From the NCBI GenBank assembly GCA_963665115.1, contig OY762007.1, forward strand, positions 7,488,001 through 7,552,000: 64,000 nt of DNA, written 5' to 3'. Shown here piece after piece: positions 44,155 through 54,761 of this stretch (its first letter is position 1; each line of letters starts with the position of its first letter). This stretch comes from an uncultured Rivularia sp. GTDB lineage: Bacteria > Cyanobacteriota > Cyanobacteriia > Cyanobacteriales > Nostocaceae. The notes under the pieces are model-generated. The model saw nothing but the letters and a program-made list of their open reading frames with translations, was not told where the DNA came from and searched no databases. The position numbers and the translations under genes are program-made.

Positions 44155-44650
44155 GTAAGCTTTACGGATTATTTTTAGAAGATTTGGGTAATTTAAATCT
44201 TTTGCGATCAAAAAGTTTCATCAAAATAAATAACCCGTTTGGGATTGCAAGTCCGAGCCTAATAGCATAAGTCTATTGAAATGGACTAAAAAGTTTACTT
44301 CGTTTAAATGTTATTTTTTGACATAATTTTTCTGTAGGGTGTGTGACGCATCGAATTAATTTGAACGTAGTAAGAAGACTTATAGCGTCACGCACCAACG
44401 AGCTGTGACAATAATGATTAATAGCCCTTATGTCCTTATCGGACACGCTTCGCTAACGGGCATAGATAATCTTCAATTCCCAACCGAGACGGTTTTGAGG
44501 ATAATTGAGAATTATGCAAGATATTATTTTGAAACAATCGCAATACCAAAAAATATATAGCCGAGCATGATAGTTTTGCTGGGGTGCTGGGTATCCTGAG
44601 TACGGAAAGGGTTTTTTAACCTAAGTATTTACCACAGCTACTAATAAAAT

Positions 44651-45050
44651 ATGGATGGCTCAAAGGAAGAATACGTAGTTCAAAACCGCGAGAAAGCTAA
44701 AAAGCGGCAAAAGTTAATCATTTTAATATCGATGGTATCTTTTTTCGGTTCTACCGTTATGGCTGCAATTCCTGCTATTCAAGAAATGGCTCGACAAGAT
44801 AGTGCGCCACAAACTGCATCTGCGGAAACCGGCATTAAAACAGCAAGAACAAGGTTTTGAATTGGTGCTGCAACGAGAACCAAATAATCAAGTAGCTCTA
44901 GACGGTTTGTTGAAGGTGCGGCTAGAGTTGAACGATATTCCAGGTGCGATTGAAACTTTGGAAAAGTTGGTGAAGCTAAATCCTGAAAGGGCAGATTATC
45001 GGTTGGGATTGGAGAATTTGAAGAAGGAATTGGGAAATGGCGATCGATAA
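44651..45050 (+). CDS. Membrane-anchored TPR-like protein, split by one extra base at 44826-44832
   Basis: The corrected junction [23 protein letters not shown] joins a TM N-terminus to a TPR-like helix pair. Confidence 0.75.
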
Positions 45051-45146
45051 ACTTTGTTAAGTTATAAAGTCTATTAAAGCTGCACACTAGAGTTAAAAAC
45101 AATATAAATACATCCCCTAGTAAAATTAGGGGACGAGGAAATCAAA

Positions 45147-46301
45147 TTATATTCTTTTTGCTGCAACTTTTGATAAAGCTTTTTCAATTTTCTTGATAGA
45201 AAAAGCTTGGCTGAAATTAGACATTGCTTTTTTCTGCCCTTCTTCAGTAATAGATTTCCACTGTTCGAGATGGTTAGGTAAATAAGATAATATATCAGCT
45301 AAATCCAAAGGGTTTTCACTTTCAAATTTAAGCCCATCTTTACCATGTTCAACTATTTCTCCAGCCCCTCCTGTACCACTAGTAACTAAGGTTAATCCCG
45401 CAGCCATAGCTTCTATTTGGCTAATACCGAAAGGTTCTTCAAAGCGAGACGGAAATACTAATACGTTGTGAGTTTTATAAAGTTGTTTTAGTTCTTCGCG
45501 TGACAAAACACCTGGGATTTTTACCTTGTCTTGCATACCTTCTGACTCTATAAAATCCTGAAGTGCGCGTACAAAATCTGGCATTAATGTTGCTCCAGCA
45601 ATGGTAGCGGAAAACTCGATACCACTAGCATTCAGTAAAGAAAGAGCTTCTATAAGTACATCGGCTCCTTTATAGGGCATCACTAAACTAGCATAGGCAA
45701 TACGTAGGCGATCGCGTTGTGGAAGTTCGGCTTGATAAAATTCTTCAACAGCAGCACCTGGGTAGATAGTTTGAGCAGTATCAACCGGATAGCCCTGTTC
45801 TTGCAAAACGTCTCTATTCCAATCGCTACAGGTAATATACTGATGCAAAGAAGTTTTAGGGGCAAACTCGGCAGCATAGCCAGGTTGTTTATTCATTACA
45901 TAATGAATTGCTGGTATACCATCTGCCAGAATCTTCTCTAAAAGTTCTATTCCTAAAAAATCAATGTTACCTATAAGGCAGACATCTGGCTTAAAATTCT
46001 GTAATTCCAAAGCCAAAGTTTCACGATTTTTAAAGGTATTTACAGCTACTCTATCGATAGAATGCCACTGAGTACCTCCATTTGTCCAAACTCCACATAG
46101 GTTAAAACTACGCTGAATGTCAGGCTCTTGCTCTACATTTGTGCCGTTTGAAGTATATTCTTCTGTATTGCTTGTCAGCACAAGTACAGAATGACCATTA
46201 CTATGTAAGAGTCTTGCAGAGTCTGCTATAGCTCTTTCATATCCCCCAATAACTTGCGGAGGATATAAATTTGTAACTATTAAAATTCTAAGTTTATCCA
46301 A
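45147..46301 (-). CDS. GT4-family glycosyltransferase
   Basis: NLYPPQVIGGYE, KGADVLIEA, EPFGISQIEAMAAG. Confidence 0.92.
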   Translation of the reverse strand: MDKLRILIVTNLYPPQVIGGYERAIADSARLLHSNGHSVLVLTSNTEEYTSNGTNVEQEPDIQRSFNLCGVWTNGGTQWHSIDRVAVNTFKNRETLALELQNFKPDVCLIGNIDFLGIELLEKILADGIPAIHYVMNKQPGYAAEFAPKTSLHQYITCSDWNRDVLQEQGYPVDTAQTIYPGAAVEEFYQAELPQRDRLRIAYASLVMPYKGADVLIEALSLLNASGIEFSATIAGATLMPDFVRALQDFIESEGMQDKVKIPGVLSREELKQLYKTHNVLVFPSRFEEPFGISQIEAMAAGLTLVTSGTGGAGEIVEHGKDGLKFESENPLDLADILSYLPNHLEQWKSITEEGQKKAMSNFSQAFSIKKIEKALSKVAAKRI

Positions 46302-46315
46302 GATTGACCCTTTAT

Positions 46316-46672
46316 TTATTTTGTTTCAATATAATTTGCCCACATTTGTTCGTAAGCTTTCCCCATTTCGCGAGTAAATTGTTTAGCATTCCACAATGGT
46401 GCTGTTTGACGAGACTGACGCAGTTTCTAAGAAATTTCTTGTCTTAGTTTGGCATCTTTACCTAAACGAATTCCCCATTCTATATATTCTTCATCCGTCC
46501 AAGCAATGCCTTTATTTATACCCGCATTCATCATCATGGTGTAGCTATTACGTGCGGCAAATTATTCGCCTACTCTTGTTACTGGAATACACATCCAGAG
46601 AGTTTCTAGTGTTGTAGCACCGTTATAGGGGTAAGTGTCAAGTACTACATTAGCAGCACAGAAATTAGCACG
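46316..46672 (-). pseudogene. Degenerate 3' fragment of an OGT/SPINDLY-like gene
   Basis: Aligns by eye with 47166-47516; contains indels and stops. Confidence 0.85.
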
Positions 46673-46845
46673 CCAGGCAACATCTTAACCCAAATTTATT
46701 AAAGTGTGGATAGACAAATACATTTGACTTTATTATTAATGATATTATAATTATTTAGTAATTTAGTCGATATGTGATACTTGATGCTATTGTTCTAAAA
46801 TAATAAAATGCTTAATAATGGTTTAATTTATTCAATAATTTGTAA

Positions 46846-47076
46846 ATGAAAGCGATGAATATCGAAGCAGCCATAATTGAAAACCTGCGAGTTTTACCTG
46901 AAGATAAGCAGCAGGAAGTGTTAGACTTTGTCGAATTTCTTAAAGCTAAAAAACTATTAACAGCTTCTCGTAAAATTAGAGGAATGTGTTCAGACTTGGA
47001 CGTTCACATTACAGAAGAAGATATTACAGAAGCGCGTCGTGAAATGTGGGGAAGCTTTCACAAAGAGAATATTTAA
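46846..47076 (+). CDS. DUF2281-like putative antitoxin, with no toxin gene next to it
   Basis: LPEDKQQEVLDFVEFLK and ITEEDITEARREMW motifs. Confidence 0.75.
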   Translation: MKAMNIEAAIIENLRVLPEDKQQEVLDFVEFLKAKKLLTASRKIRGMCSDLDVHITEEDITEARREMWGSFHKENI

Positions 47077-47153
47077 TAACTGCTATTAATACATTTTAAT
47101 AATATTTATTCGTTACAAACCCGGTATTTTTATCAACCGGGTTTCTTAAATTA

Positions 47154-49394
47154 TTATTTAGCGCAAATATAATTTGCCCACATTTGTTCGTAAGCTTTTT
47201 CCATTTCGCGGGTAAACTGTTTAGCATTCCACAATGGTGCAGTTTGACGAGACTGTTTGAGCTTCCAAGAAATTTCTTGTCTCAATTTGGCATCTTTGCC
47301 TAAACGAATTCCCCATTCTATATATTCTTCATCCGTCCAAGCAATGCCTTCAGTTATACCCGCATTCATCATCATGGTGTAGCTGTTACGTGCAGCAAAT
47401 TGTTCGCCGACTTTTGTAACCAAAGGAATCCCCATCCACAGAGTTTCTAAAGTTGTTGTTGCACCATTATAAGGATAGGTATCTAACACAACATCAGCTA
47501 TTCCAAGATTAGCGCGATGTATTGCTTCTAAAGGAACCATAGGAAGAAATCGTAAATTACTAGGATCTATTCCTTCTTCAACTGCAATTTGATTAAAAAA
47601 GCTTTGAATGGCTTCTTCCTCAGCTAACCCTTTTATTAATAGATAGCTATTTGGAACATTTTTCAAAACCCTCATTTGTAGCCTTACTGTATCGGGATGC
47701 CGTTTGCAACCGCTTTGAGCGCTAAGATAAACTATGGCATCATTAGGAATGTCAAGGTCTTTCCGACGTAAAGTTGGTATTCCTACTTCAAAACCATCTA
47801 CAGCTATATAGGTTTGAGGTAAACGCCAGATTTTCTCGGAGTAATAATTATCCGCATCATCTGGCAGTACATAAGGATCGGCTATGAAATAATCGATTGC
47901 TGGAATTCCTGATGCATCCCAACCCAACCAAGTAGCTTGAATTTTTGCAGGTTTTAATGCCATGACTTCACAGCTAATATCCAAAGTTAAGCTATCTAAA
48001 TCAATTAAAATATCAATTTCGTCTTGATCTATTTTTTCGGCAATTTCTTGGGTTTCTGTACCCATCCTACGGACAGTTTCAAACTGACTAGCATACCATT
48101 CTTGCAACGGATCTCCTTGCTGTTGTGAACTGATTAGATAGCCATGCAATTCAAACGATTCGCGATTATGGTACTCAAATAACCATCGTGCTAACCAACC
48201 AACCGAATGTTGTCTAAAACAGTGAGAAATGTAGCCAATCTTTAAGCGTCTACTAGAATTTTCTTTTTTGAGGATTAATTTTTGCCGCTGTTGATACCAT
48301 TCTGCTTCTTCCGCATAATTTTGAAGATTCTTTTGGCATAAAGCTGCCAATTTATTTTGGATTTTGCGATATGTTTGGGGACAATCTTGAAAGTAGGGAA
48401 AAAAGAATGTTGACAGTAATACCCGCGAAATTTCTGCACCATCATCTAAAATTGGCTGTTCTTCGATTAGTGAATCAAGAAAACTTTCTTGTCGTTGTAA
48501 AAACTTATTTGCTTCTTGCCAGTATGCTCCAGCATTTATGAGAGTTTTTAAAATTAAATGATTGCCATATACTTTACCTGCCACTGTCTCATTTTCTAAT
48601 AACGAGTAGCATTTCTTAGCAGTTTCTATAGCTTTAGTATAATCACCAGACTTGTCATAGAAGGCAGTTAAATGTCGCAATAATTCTGTATCTTCAGCAT
48701 TTATTTGGCAGCATATTTGTGCAAGTTTTATTGCTAGTATAGATTTCCCTTGGGAATAAGCTAAATTGATTGCTGCAACTAATATAACGGCAAAATATTT
48801 ATACGAATGACCTAGATAAGGCAAGCAAACTTTAGCAAATTCTAGCGATGAGTCGTTTTGTGAATAGTAATCTAGAATTTTCTGTAGTGTTTGCATTAAT
48901 AGATTAATATCTACTGCTTCTAATTTCTGTGAATTTAAAAGCTCAATGACTTCCCAATCAGCTAAATCGTCTTCAGTAAATGTTTCTAGCTTGATAGCAA
49001 TGTCAATTAGATATAATAAATTATTGATATTCGCTGGCTGAATTTCTCGTATATGCTGTCTCAATAAATAAGTAGTGGAATAATTATCTTCCTGTCTCAC
49101 ACGTCTTTGTGCTTCAGCTTCCAGCACTTTTGTTAATTCGTCACACCAAAGTTCAACTTGCTCTGGCTCACCTTCCATCATCACTAAAGCCCAAGTTGTC
49201 TGTGCTTCTACTTCTTTACCCTGTAGCAGGAATATTAATCCTAAATACCAGTAGTGGGATTTAATCTCGGGTTCTACTTCAATTGCTTGTTCATAAAAAC
49301 TAGCGGCTTTATAATAATCACCTTGAAGAACACATTCGTATGCTTGTATTTGCCAACTGCTGGCAGAATTAGTTAAAGCGAAATCAGAAATCAT
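47154..49394 (-). CDS. O-linked GlcNAc transferase-like protein (SPINDLY/GT41 family, OgtA-like)
   Basis: TPR N-terminus; KIGYIS..HSVG, IDILIDL, DTYPYNGATTTLETLWMGIP. Confidence 0.9.
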   Translation of the reverse strand: MISDFALTNSASSWQIQAYECVLQGDYYKAASFYEQAIEVEPEIKSHYWYLGLIFLLQGKEVEAQTTWALVMMEGEPEQVELWCDELTKVLEAEAQRRVRQEDNYSTTYLLRQHIREIQPANINNLLYLIDIAIKLETFTEDDLADWEVIELLNSQKLEAVDINLLMQTLQKILDYYSQNDSSLEFAKVCLPYLGHSYKYFAVILVAAINLAYSQGKSILAIKLAQICCQINAEDTELLRHLTAFYDKSGDYTKAIETAKKCYSLLENETVAGKVYGNHLILKTLINAGAYWQEANKFLQRQESFLDSLIEEQPILDDGAEISRVLLSTFFFPYFQDCPQTYRKIQNKLAALCQKNLQNYAEEAEWYQQRQKLILKKENSSRRLKIGYISHCFRQHSVGWLARWLFEYHNRESFELHGYLISSQQQGDPLQEWYASQFETVRRMGTETQEIAEKIDQDEIDILIDLDSLTLDISCEVMALKPAKIQATWLGWDASGIPAIDYFIADPYVLPDDADNYYSEKIWRLPQTYIAVDGFEVGIPTLRRKDLDIPNDAIVYLSAQSGCKRHPDTVRLQMRVLKNVPNSYLLIKGLAEEEAIQSFFNQIAVEEGIDPSNLRFLPMVPLEAIHRANLGIADVVLDTYPYNGATTTLETLWMGIPLVTKVGEQFAARNSYTMMMNAGITEGIAWTDEEYIEWGIRLGKDAKLRQEISWKLKQSRQTAPLWNAKQFTREMEKAYEQMWANYICAK

Positions 49395-49509
49395 TGCACC
49401 ATTAGTTTTAAATTAAATAGAGTGAGTAGCTTTTACTACTCACTCCGTTGTAAACAATCAATATAAATTGACTGCGATTTATTTTGAATCGAATTGCTCT
49501 CGCAATTAA

Positions 49510-50064
49510 TTACTTGATAAGTTTATAGACTGTAGCGTCGCATACACCCGTAGCCTTACAATCAGCAATTGCAATGCCTTTCGCATTATCTGCTTTTGCT
49601 GGAGCAATAGTCTCATACAAGTTTGCAAGGGTGATTGCGTCATCAACACCATTTACAGTTTGGGTACTAGTATAAGTAACCCCAGCGTAAGACTTCAATG
49701 CTTTCTTTGTTGCTCTGGCTTTATTTGTGACAAATGAACCAGTAGTAGCTTTGGCTGTAATCTCATACAAATAATTTTCAGTCTGTGTCTTAATACCTAA
49801 AGCTAGCACTACAACAGAAGTTGTAAATGCATTGTTATTCTCTAAATAGTAAGCTTGCTGCGCTCGGTTCATAGAACCAATATAGTTTTTCGCTTCACTT
49901 TGTCTAGCTTTAGTTGCTTGGTTCAGGAAAGAAGGAAGCGCAATAGCTGAGAGAATACCGATAATGATAATTACAACCAACAATTCAATTAAGGTAAAAC
50001 CTTCGTTTTCTTTTTTGTTGCGGAGGATGTTTTGTAAAAACTTTGCTTTAAGTTCGGTTTTCAT
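49510..50064 (-). CDS. pilA: Type IV pilin (PilA-like)
   Basis: Prepilin cleavage motif G|FTLIELLVVIIIIGILSAIALPSFLNQ; C-terminal Cys pair. Confidence 0.85.
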   Translation of the reverse strand: MKTELKAKFLQNILRNKKENEGFTLIELLVVIIIIGILSAIALPSFLNQATKARQSEAKNYIGSMNRAQQAYYLENNNAFTTSVVVLALGIKTQTENYLYEITAKATTGSFVTNKARATKKALKSYAGVTYTSTQTVNGVDDAITLANLYETIAPAKADNAKGIAIADCKATGVCDATVYKLIK

Positions 50065-50110
50065 TAGTGTTTCCTTTAGGTGGGGATGAGTTATTCGGTT
50101 CTAGGTATAA

Positions 50111-50117
50111 CTTACCC
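50111..50117 (-). promoter_or_regulatory. SigF-type promoter box GGGTAAG upstream of the pilin gene
   Basis: Plus-strand cttaccc, 47 nt upstream of the pilin ATG; matches the box known from cyanobacterial pilA promoters. Confidence 0.6.
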
Positions 50118-50248
50118 ATTTCGACAGCTTTACTATCATTTTCTGCAAAATTTTTTTGGGAAGATTAGAAAACCCTGAATGACTAGAGTTTTCATCGCAG
50201 ATGCTTTCGGACTACAGCTATATAAGTTGGTTAACCTTAAAAGTACGA

Positions 50249-51571
50249 TTAAGCCTCTAACATTACATAACCAAGGCTTTCAATCTGTAAAAATAGCTGT
50301 TGCAACATATAAAAAGCTTGACTTTCATCAGTAGGCTCTAAAGTCACTGGGTTCAAAGGTCTAACTTGCTTCCAGCGCTCGACCAAAGACATCATAGATT
50401 GAGGCTCGTCTAACAGGGGAACAAAACAAAATGCCATTGAACTATCTATACTGATTGAATCTTCAGTTATTGGTAAGTGTTTGGCGATCGCAAAAGGTCT
50501 TATTTCTGTAATACATTCTATTAGCTCTTCTCGGACATCGGGAGTTCTTAACTGGGGATGTAAATGCACCTTGGCTTTTTGCCAATCAGCATCATTCCAT
50601 TCTTCGACTGGTACAAAGGACTGCCTCTGGTTTGGATGTCCGCACCAAAAATCAAGTAGTCTATGTACGGGATGCATTAGTTCAAATAGCTGTAGCTGCT
50701 CCTCTACAGAAGCTTCGGGTAAACTCATGGCGATAAAAGCAGGTAAATTATCTGGCTCTTTGAACAAATTTACCAAATTCCATTCTCGCCAATTCACCAT
50801 ACTGATAAACTCTAAGTTTGCCGTTCTAAAACCATCGAACATATCGTTAATGGTGTAACCTTTATCTCCCTGGAACAAATAATTCATTAAAATACTTTGT
50901 TTGCCATCCTCTCCTTCATAACGAGAGTTCCAAGTTAATGCTTTTAGATTGACTTTATCTTTCAAAGCTTTCATGATTTCTACAACAATTCCCATTTCTA
51001 AGTCTTCTGGATTTCCATCCATCAAACCCATCATGGTAAATATTTTTTGGGCGCGAAAATGGTTGAATCGTTGTATTGAACTATGTAAATTACTACGAAT
51101 AATTCCTTCTGGCTTTAAAACTGCCTTCATCGCTTGTAAGGCTTTATCTATATCATCAAAAAGATAAAGCAGTTCATCACAATTTATATAGTCGAATTCC
51201 CAATCATATTTGGGTAAATCCTCTATTCCTAAAACATGAAATTCTGCATTATCAAAACCGTGATATTCTAAACGCTGTTGAGCTAACTTAACAGATGCTT
51301 CCGAAATATCAACACCAATAATTTTTGCACCCGGATTAGCTTCTGCCAGTACAAGAGATTTATAACCACTGCCACATCCAGCATCTAAAATTGCTTTTCC
51401 TTTAGTATCTATAACTTTTTGATTTCTCAAATAATAAGCTGTTACTAAATTATGAATGTAGAGCGAACTAGAGTTATCTTTAGGAGATTCATCAACAGGA
51501 ATTCTTGGATAAGGCGCACTGTCAAATTGCTGACGAATTTTTTCTACTAAATCTGATGCTTGAGCTTGCAT
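50249..51571 (-). CDS. Class I SAM-dependent methyltransferase
   Basis: ILDAGCGSG, GVDIS, LKPEG motifs. Confidence 0.88.
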   Translation of the reverse strand: MQAQASDLVEKIRQQFDSAPYPRIPVDESPKDNSSSLYIHNLVTAYYLRNQKVIDTKGKAILDAGCGSGYKSLVLAEANPGAKIIGVDISEASVKLAQQRLEYHGFDNAEFHVLGIEDLPKYDWEFDYINCDELLYLFDDIDKALQAMKAVLKPEGIIRSNLHSSIQRFNHFRAQKIFTMMGLMDGNPEDLEMGIVVEIMKALKDKVNLKALTWNSRYEGEDGKQSILMNYLFQGDKGYTINDMFDGFRTANLEFISMVNWREWNLVNLFKEPDNLPAFIAMSLPEASVEEQLQLFELMHPVHRLLDFWCGHPNQRQSFVPVEEWNDADWQKAKVHLHPQLRTPDVREELIECITEIRPFAIAKHLPITEDSISIDSSMAFCFVPLLDEPQSMMSLVERWKQVRPLNPVTLEPTDESQAFYMLQQLFLQIESLGYVMLEA

Positions 51572-51648
51572 GGATTTTTCTCCTGATACTAATTATTTCC
51601 AGAGACTTTTGGATTTAGCACCCTAAGCAAATGGGTTACTCAAGCATT

Positions 51649-51657
51649 AGTATTCCC
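51649..51657 (-). promoter_or_regulatory. SigJ-type promoter box GGGAATACT
   Basis: Plus-strand agtattccc, 78 nt upstream of the methyltransferase ATG. Confidence 0.6.
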
Positions 51658-51792
51658 AGTTTTTTCGATTTCTAACATTGAGTAATATTCTTTGATGGAT
51701 GTTTAAAAGCCTTTTTATCAACTTGTGCCTATTATGCAATGCTTGAGAAAGTCAAAGCCGCAAAGAATCATCAGTAAAAGTTTTCCTATGAC

Positions 51793-51891
51793 GTAGGTTG
51801 GGTTGAACGAAGTGTTAGCGAAGCGTGTCCGATAGGACATAACCCAACAAACACTCGATAATGTTGGGTTTCGTTCCTCAACCCAACCTAC
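51793..51891. repeat. GTAG-capped REP-like element with an inserted module
   Basis: gtaggttgggttga...tcaacccaacctac; the insert at 51814-51842 recurs inverted at 44428-44457. Confidence 0.7.
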
Positions 51892-51952
51892 AATCTATAT
51901 ACCTCTCATAATTAATATGGTGGAATACTAGTTCAAACGAGGTATTTTCAAC

Positions 51953-52582
51953 ATGGTGGCAATCTCAACACCAGCAGAAACCAGGACTTTACTTGAGAAC
52001 ATTAGCTGGCAAACCTTCAAAGCGATGCTAGCTGAGATGGGTTCCTCAAGAAACACCAGATTAGCTTACGAAAATGGAGTATTAGAAATCATGGCTCCAG
52101 ATATGCCACATGAAAACTCAAATCGCGTTATTGAAGTATTTACGGGAGTCATGTGTGAGGAATTGCAATTAGAAATCAAACGCTCTGGTTCTTTAACTTT
52201 GACGCGAGATGACTTGGAACGTGGTGGGGAACCAGACAGCAGCTACTATATACAAAACGAATACCGCGTGAGAAATAAGGAGAAAATAGATTTAAATATC
52301 GATCCACCGCCGGATTTAGTTTTAGAAGTCGAATATTCCAAACCTAAAGTAGATAAGTTTAAAATCTACGCTGCAATTGGTGTTCCTGAGTTTTGGCGCT
52401 TTAACGGCAGCGTTTTACAAATTTATGTACTTAATGATGGGCAATATATAGAAGTTGAACAAAGCCCTACTTTTGCTCAGGTGTCTGTAAAGGAAATTCC
52501 TCGGTTTATTCAAGAGACTCGAATTAATGGGGAAATGGCGACAACTCGCGCTTTTCGGGCTTGGGTGAGAGAGCAAATTTGA
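51953..52582 (+). CDS. Uma2 (DUF820) family putative endonuclease
   Basis: ISWQTF, EPDSSYYI, PPDLVLEVE, YAAIGVPEFW. Confidence 0.92.
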   Translation: MVAISTPAETRTLLENISWQTFKAMLAEMGSSRNTRLAYENGVLEIMAPDMPHENSNRVIEVFTGVMCEELQLEIKRSGSLTLTRDDLERGGEPDSSYYIQNEYRVRNKEKIDLNIDPPPDLVLEVEYSKPKVDKFKIYAAIGVPEFWRFNGSVLQIYVLNDGQYIEVEQSPTFAQVSVKEIPRFIQETRINGEMATTRAFRAWVREQI

Positions 52583-53072
52583 GAAGCTGATGGGTTAAAC
52601 CGCACTTGCGAAAATGGAGAAACTCCCTCAAACCGGCTTGAAATCAATTTCAGGGCTGCATATACTAACTGTGTTAAAAAGCACTCAAATCTTTGCCTAG
52701 TCTGATTTATCAGACTTTTATTTTGAGCCTGGAAATTTATTCCAAGCCGGTTGTGAAGCCCAATTGCCAATGGTGTAAAATAAAGACTTTTGCTATAACA
52801 CTATTTACTCCATTCCCCGTGGGGCTGTAAACTCTAAATCAATCCGTTTGAGAACTAAATTCGATGGTGCGTTACAGCATTATCAAAGATATCTGTAAAA
52901 TCGAATACGTTTCGCGCTGTAATACACCCTACAAGGCGAATAAAAAAATGAGGATTTTATAGCCCAGGTCGCCGGGCTTTGTATGTATAGCCCCACAATC
53001 CCATTGTGAGGGTTCTCAAAAATTTGCTATGCTAAATAAAACGTAGTGGTTATGAGTTTACTTAAAAATATT

Positions 53073-54440
53073 ATGACAAATCCAACTGTAGAAAATTTAG
53101 TAATTATCGGTTCTGGTCCTGCGGGTTATACTGCTGCTATTTATGCGGGACGTGCAAACCTTAAACCTGTTGTGTTTGAAGGGTTTGAAGCTGGGGGTTT
53201 ACCTGGTGGTCAGTTGATGACAACTACTGAAGTAGAAAACTTTCCTGGTTTCCCTGCTGGTATTACTGGCCCGCAATTGATGGATAAAATGAAGGCTCAA
53301 GCAGAACGTTGGGGGGCTGAGCTATATACTGAGGATGTGATTTCGGTCGATTTAAGTCAGCGTCCGTTTACCGTGCGTTCTTCTGAACGGGAGTTTAAAA
53401 CAAATAGTATTGTGATTGCAACTGGGGCGACTGCGAAGCGTTTAGGTTTACCCAGCGAGCAAGAATTTTGGAGTCGCGGTATTTCAGCCTGTGCGATTTG
53501 TGACGGCGCGACTCCGATTTTTCACAGTGCGGAATTAGCTGTAATCGGCGCTGGTGATTCGGCTGCGGAAGAAGCAATTTACTTAACTAAGTATGGTGAT
53601 ACGGTGAATTTGTTAGTTCGTAGCGATACTATGCGAGCTAGTAAAGCCATGCAAGATAGGGTTTTAAATAATCCTAAAATTAAAGTGCATTGGAATACCG
53701 AAGCTGTAGACATATTCGGCGACGAAAATCATATGCAGGGAATAAAAGTCCGCAATAATCAAACTGGCGAAGAAAGCGAGTTACAGGCTAAAGGATTATT
53801 CTACGCCATCGGACACACCCCCAATACATCATTATTTAAAGAACAGTTAGAACTCGATGATGTTGGTTACGTTGTTACCAAAGGCAACTCAGTAGAAACC
53901 AGCGTAGAAGGTGTTTATGCTGTTGGTGACGTACAAGACCATGAATTTCGTCAAGCAATCACCGCAGCGGGTTCTGGCTGTATGGGAGCAATGTTAGCCG
54001 AGCGTTGGTTATCCGCAGAAGGATTGCTGCAAGAATTTAGTCAAAAGCCAGAAAACAACGACTTAAAACCCCAAGAAGAAGAAAAAACCGCTGCCGATAC
54101 AGAAGATGATTTTGATATTAACAATACCCGTCATATAGGAGGTTACGCCCTGAGAAAAATATTTCACGAGGGCGATCGCCCTTTAATGGTGAAGTACATT
54201 TCTCCCGGTTGCGGTCCTTGCCATACGCTCAAACCCATATTAAATAAAGTAGTGGATGAATTTGACGGTAAAATTCACTTCGTAGAAATCGACATCGATA
54301 AAGATAGAGAAATTGCCGAACAAGCAAATGTAACCGGAACCCCTACAGTACAAATCTTCAAACACAAAGAATTATTACAAGAATTAAAAGGCGTGAAGCA
54401 GAAGAGTCAGTATCGGCAGTTGTTGGAAAGCACTCTTTAA
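53073..54440 (+). CDS. ntrC: NADPH-thioredoxin reductase C (TrxB fused to a C-terminal thioredoxin)
   Basis: IGSGPAG, CAICDG, GAGDSA; C-terminal CGPC Trx domain. ATG at 53073 preferred. Confidence 0.92.
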   Translation: MTNPTVENLVIIGSGPAGYTAAIYAGRANLKPVVFEGFEAGGLPGGQLMTTTEVENFPGFPAGITGPQLMDKMKAQAERWGAELYTEDVISVDLSQRPFTVRSSEREFKTNSIVIATGATAKRLGLPSEQEFWSRGISACAICDGATPIFHSAELAVIGAGDSAAEEAIYLTKYGDTVNLLVRSDTMRASKAMQDRVLNNPKIKVHWNTEAVDIFGDENHMQGIKVRNNQTGEESELQAKGLFYAIGHTPNTSLFKEQLELDDVGYVVTKGNSVETSVEGVYAVGDVQDHEFRQAITAAGSGCMGAMLAERWLSAEGLLQEFSQKPENNDLKPQEEEKTAADTEDDFDINNTRHIGGYALRKIFHEGDRPLMVKYISPGCGPCHTLKPILNKVVDEFDGKIHFVEIDIDKDREIAEQANVTGTPTVQIFKHKELLQELKGVKQKSQYRQLLESTL

Positions 54441-54761
54441 AAATTTGGGGATTGGGGATTGGGCATTGGGGATTGGTAATCGGTAATTGGTAATTGGTTA
54501 TAAATCGTTAGAAGTTAGGATTTGTAGAATTTCACCAAGTTCTGGATATAACATTCTTAGCCCACCTTCGTGGGCTTTGCTCTTGCAGCCCCACCCATAA
54601 GCGGGTGAGGGCATTTCGGCATTTCCGCTAAATTCCCCATGCCCCATGCCCAATCCCCAATCCCCCATTCTAAAATATTAATTTTTGAGTTTTGAGTTGA
54701 CAAAGTGACCAGAAGGCATTAAAACTCATAACTCATAACTCTATAATTAAAAAATCAAGCT

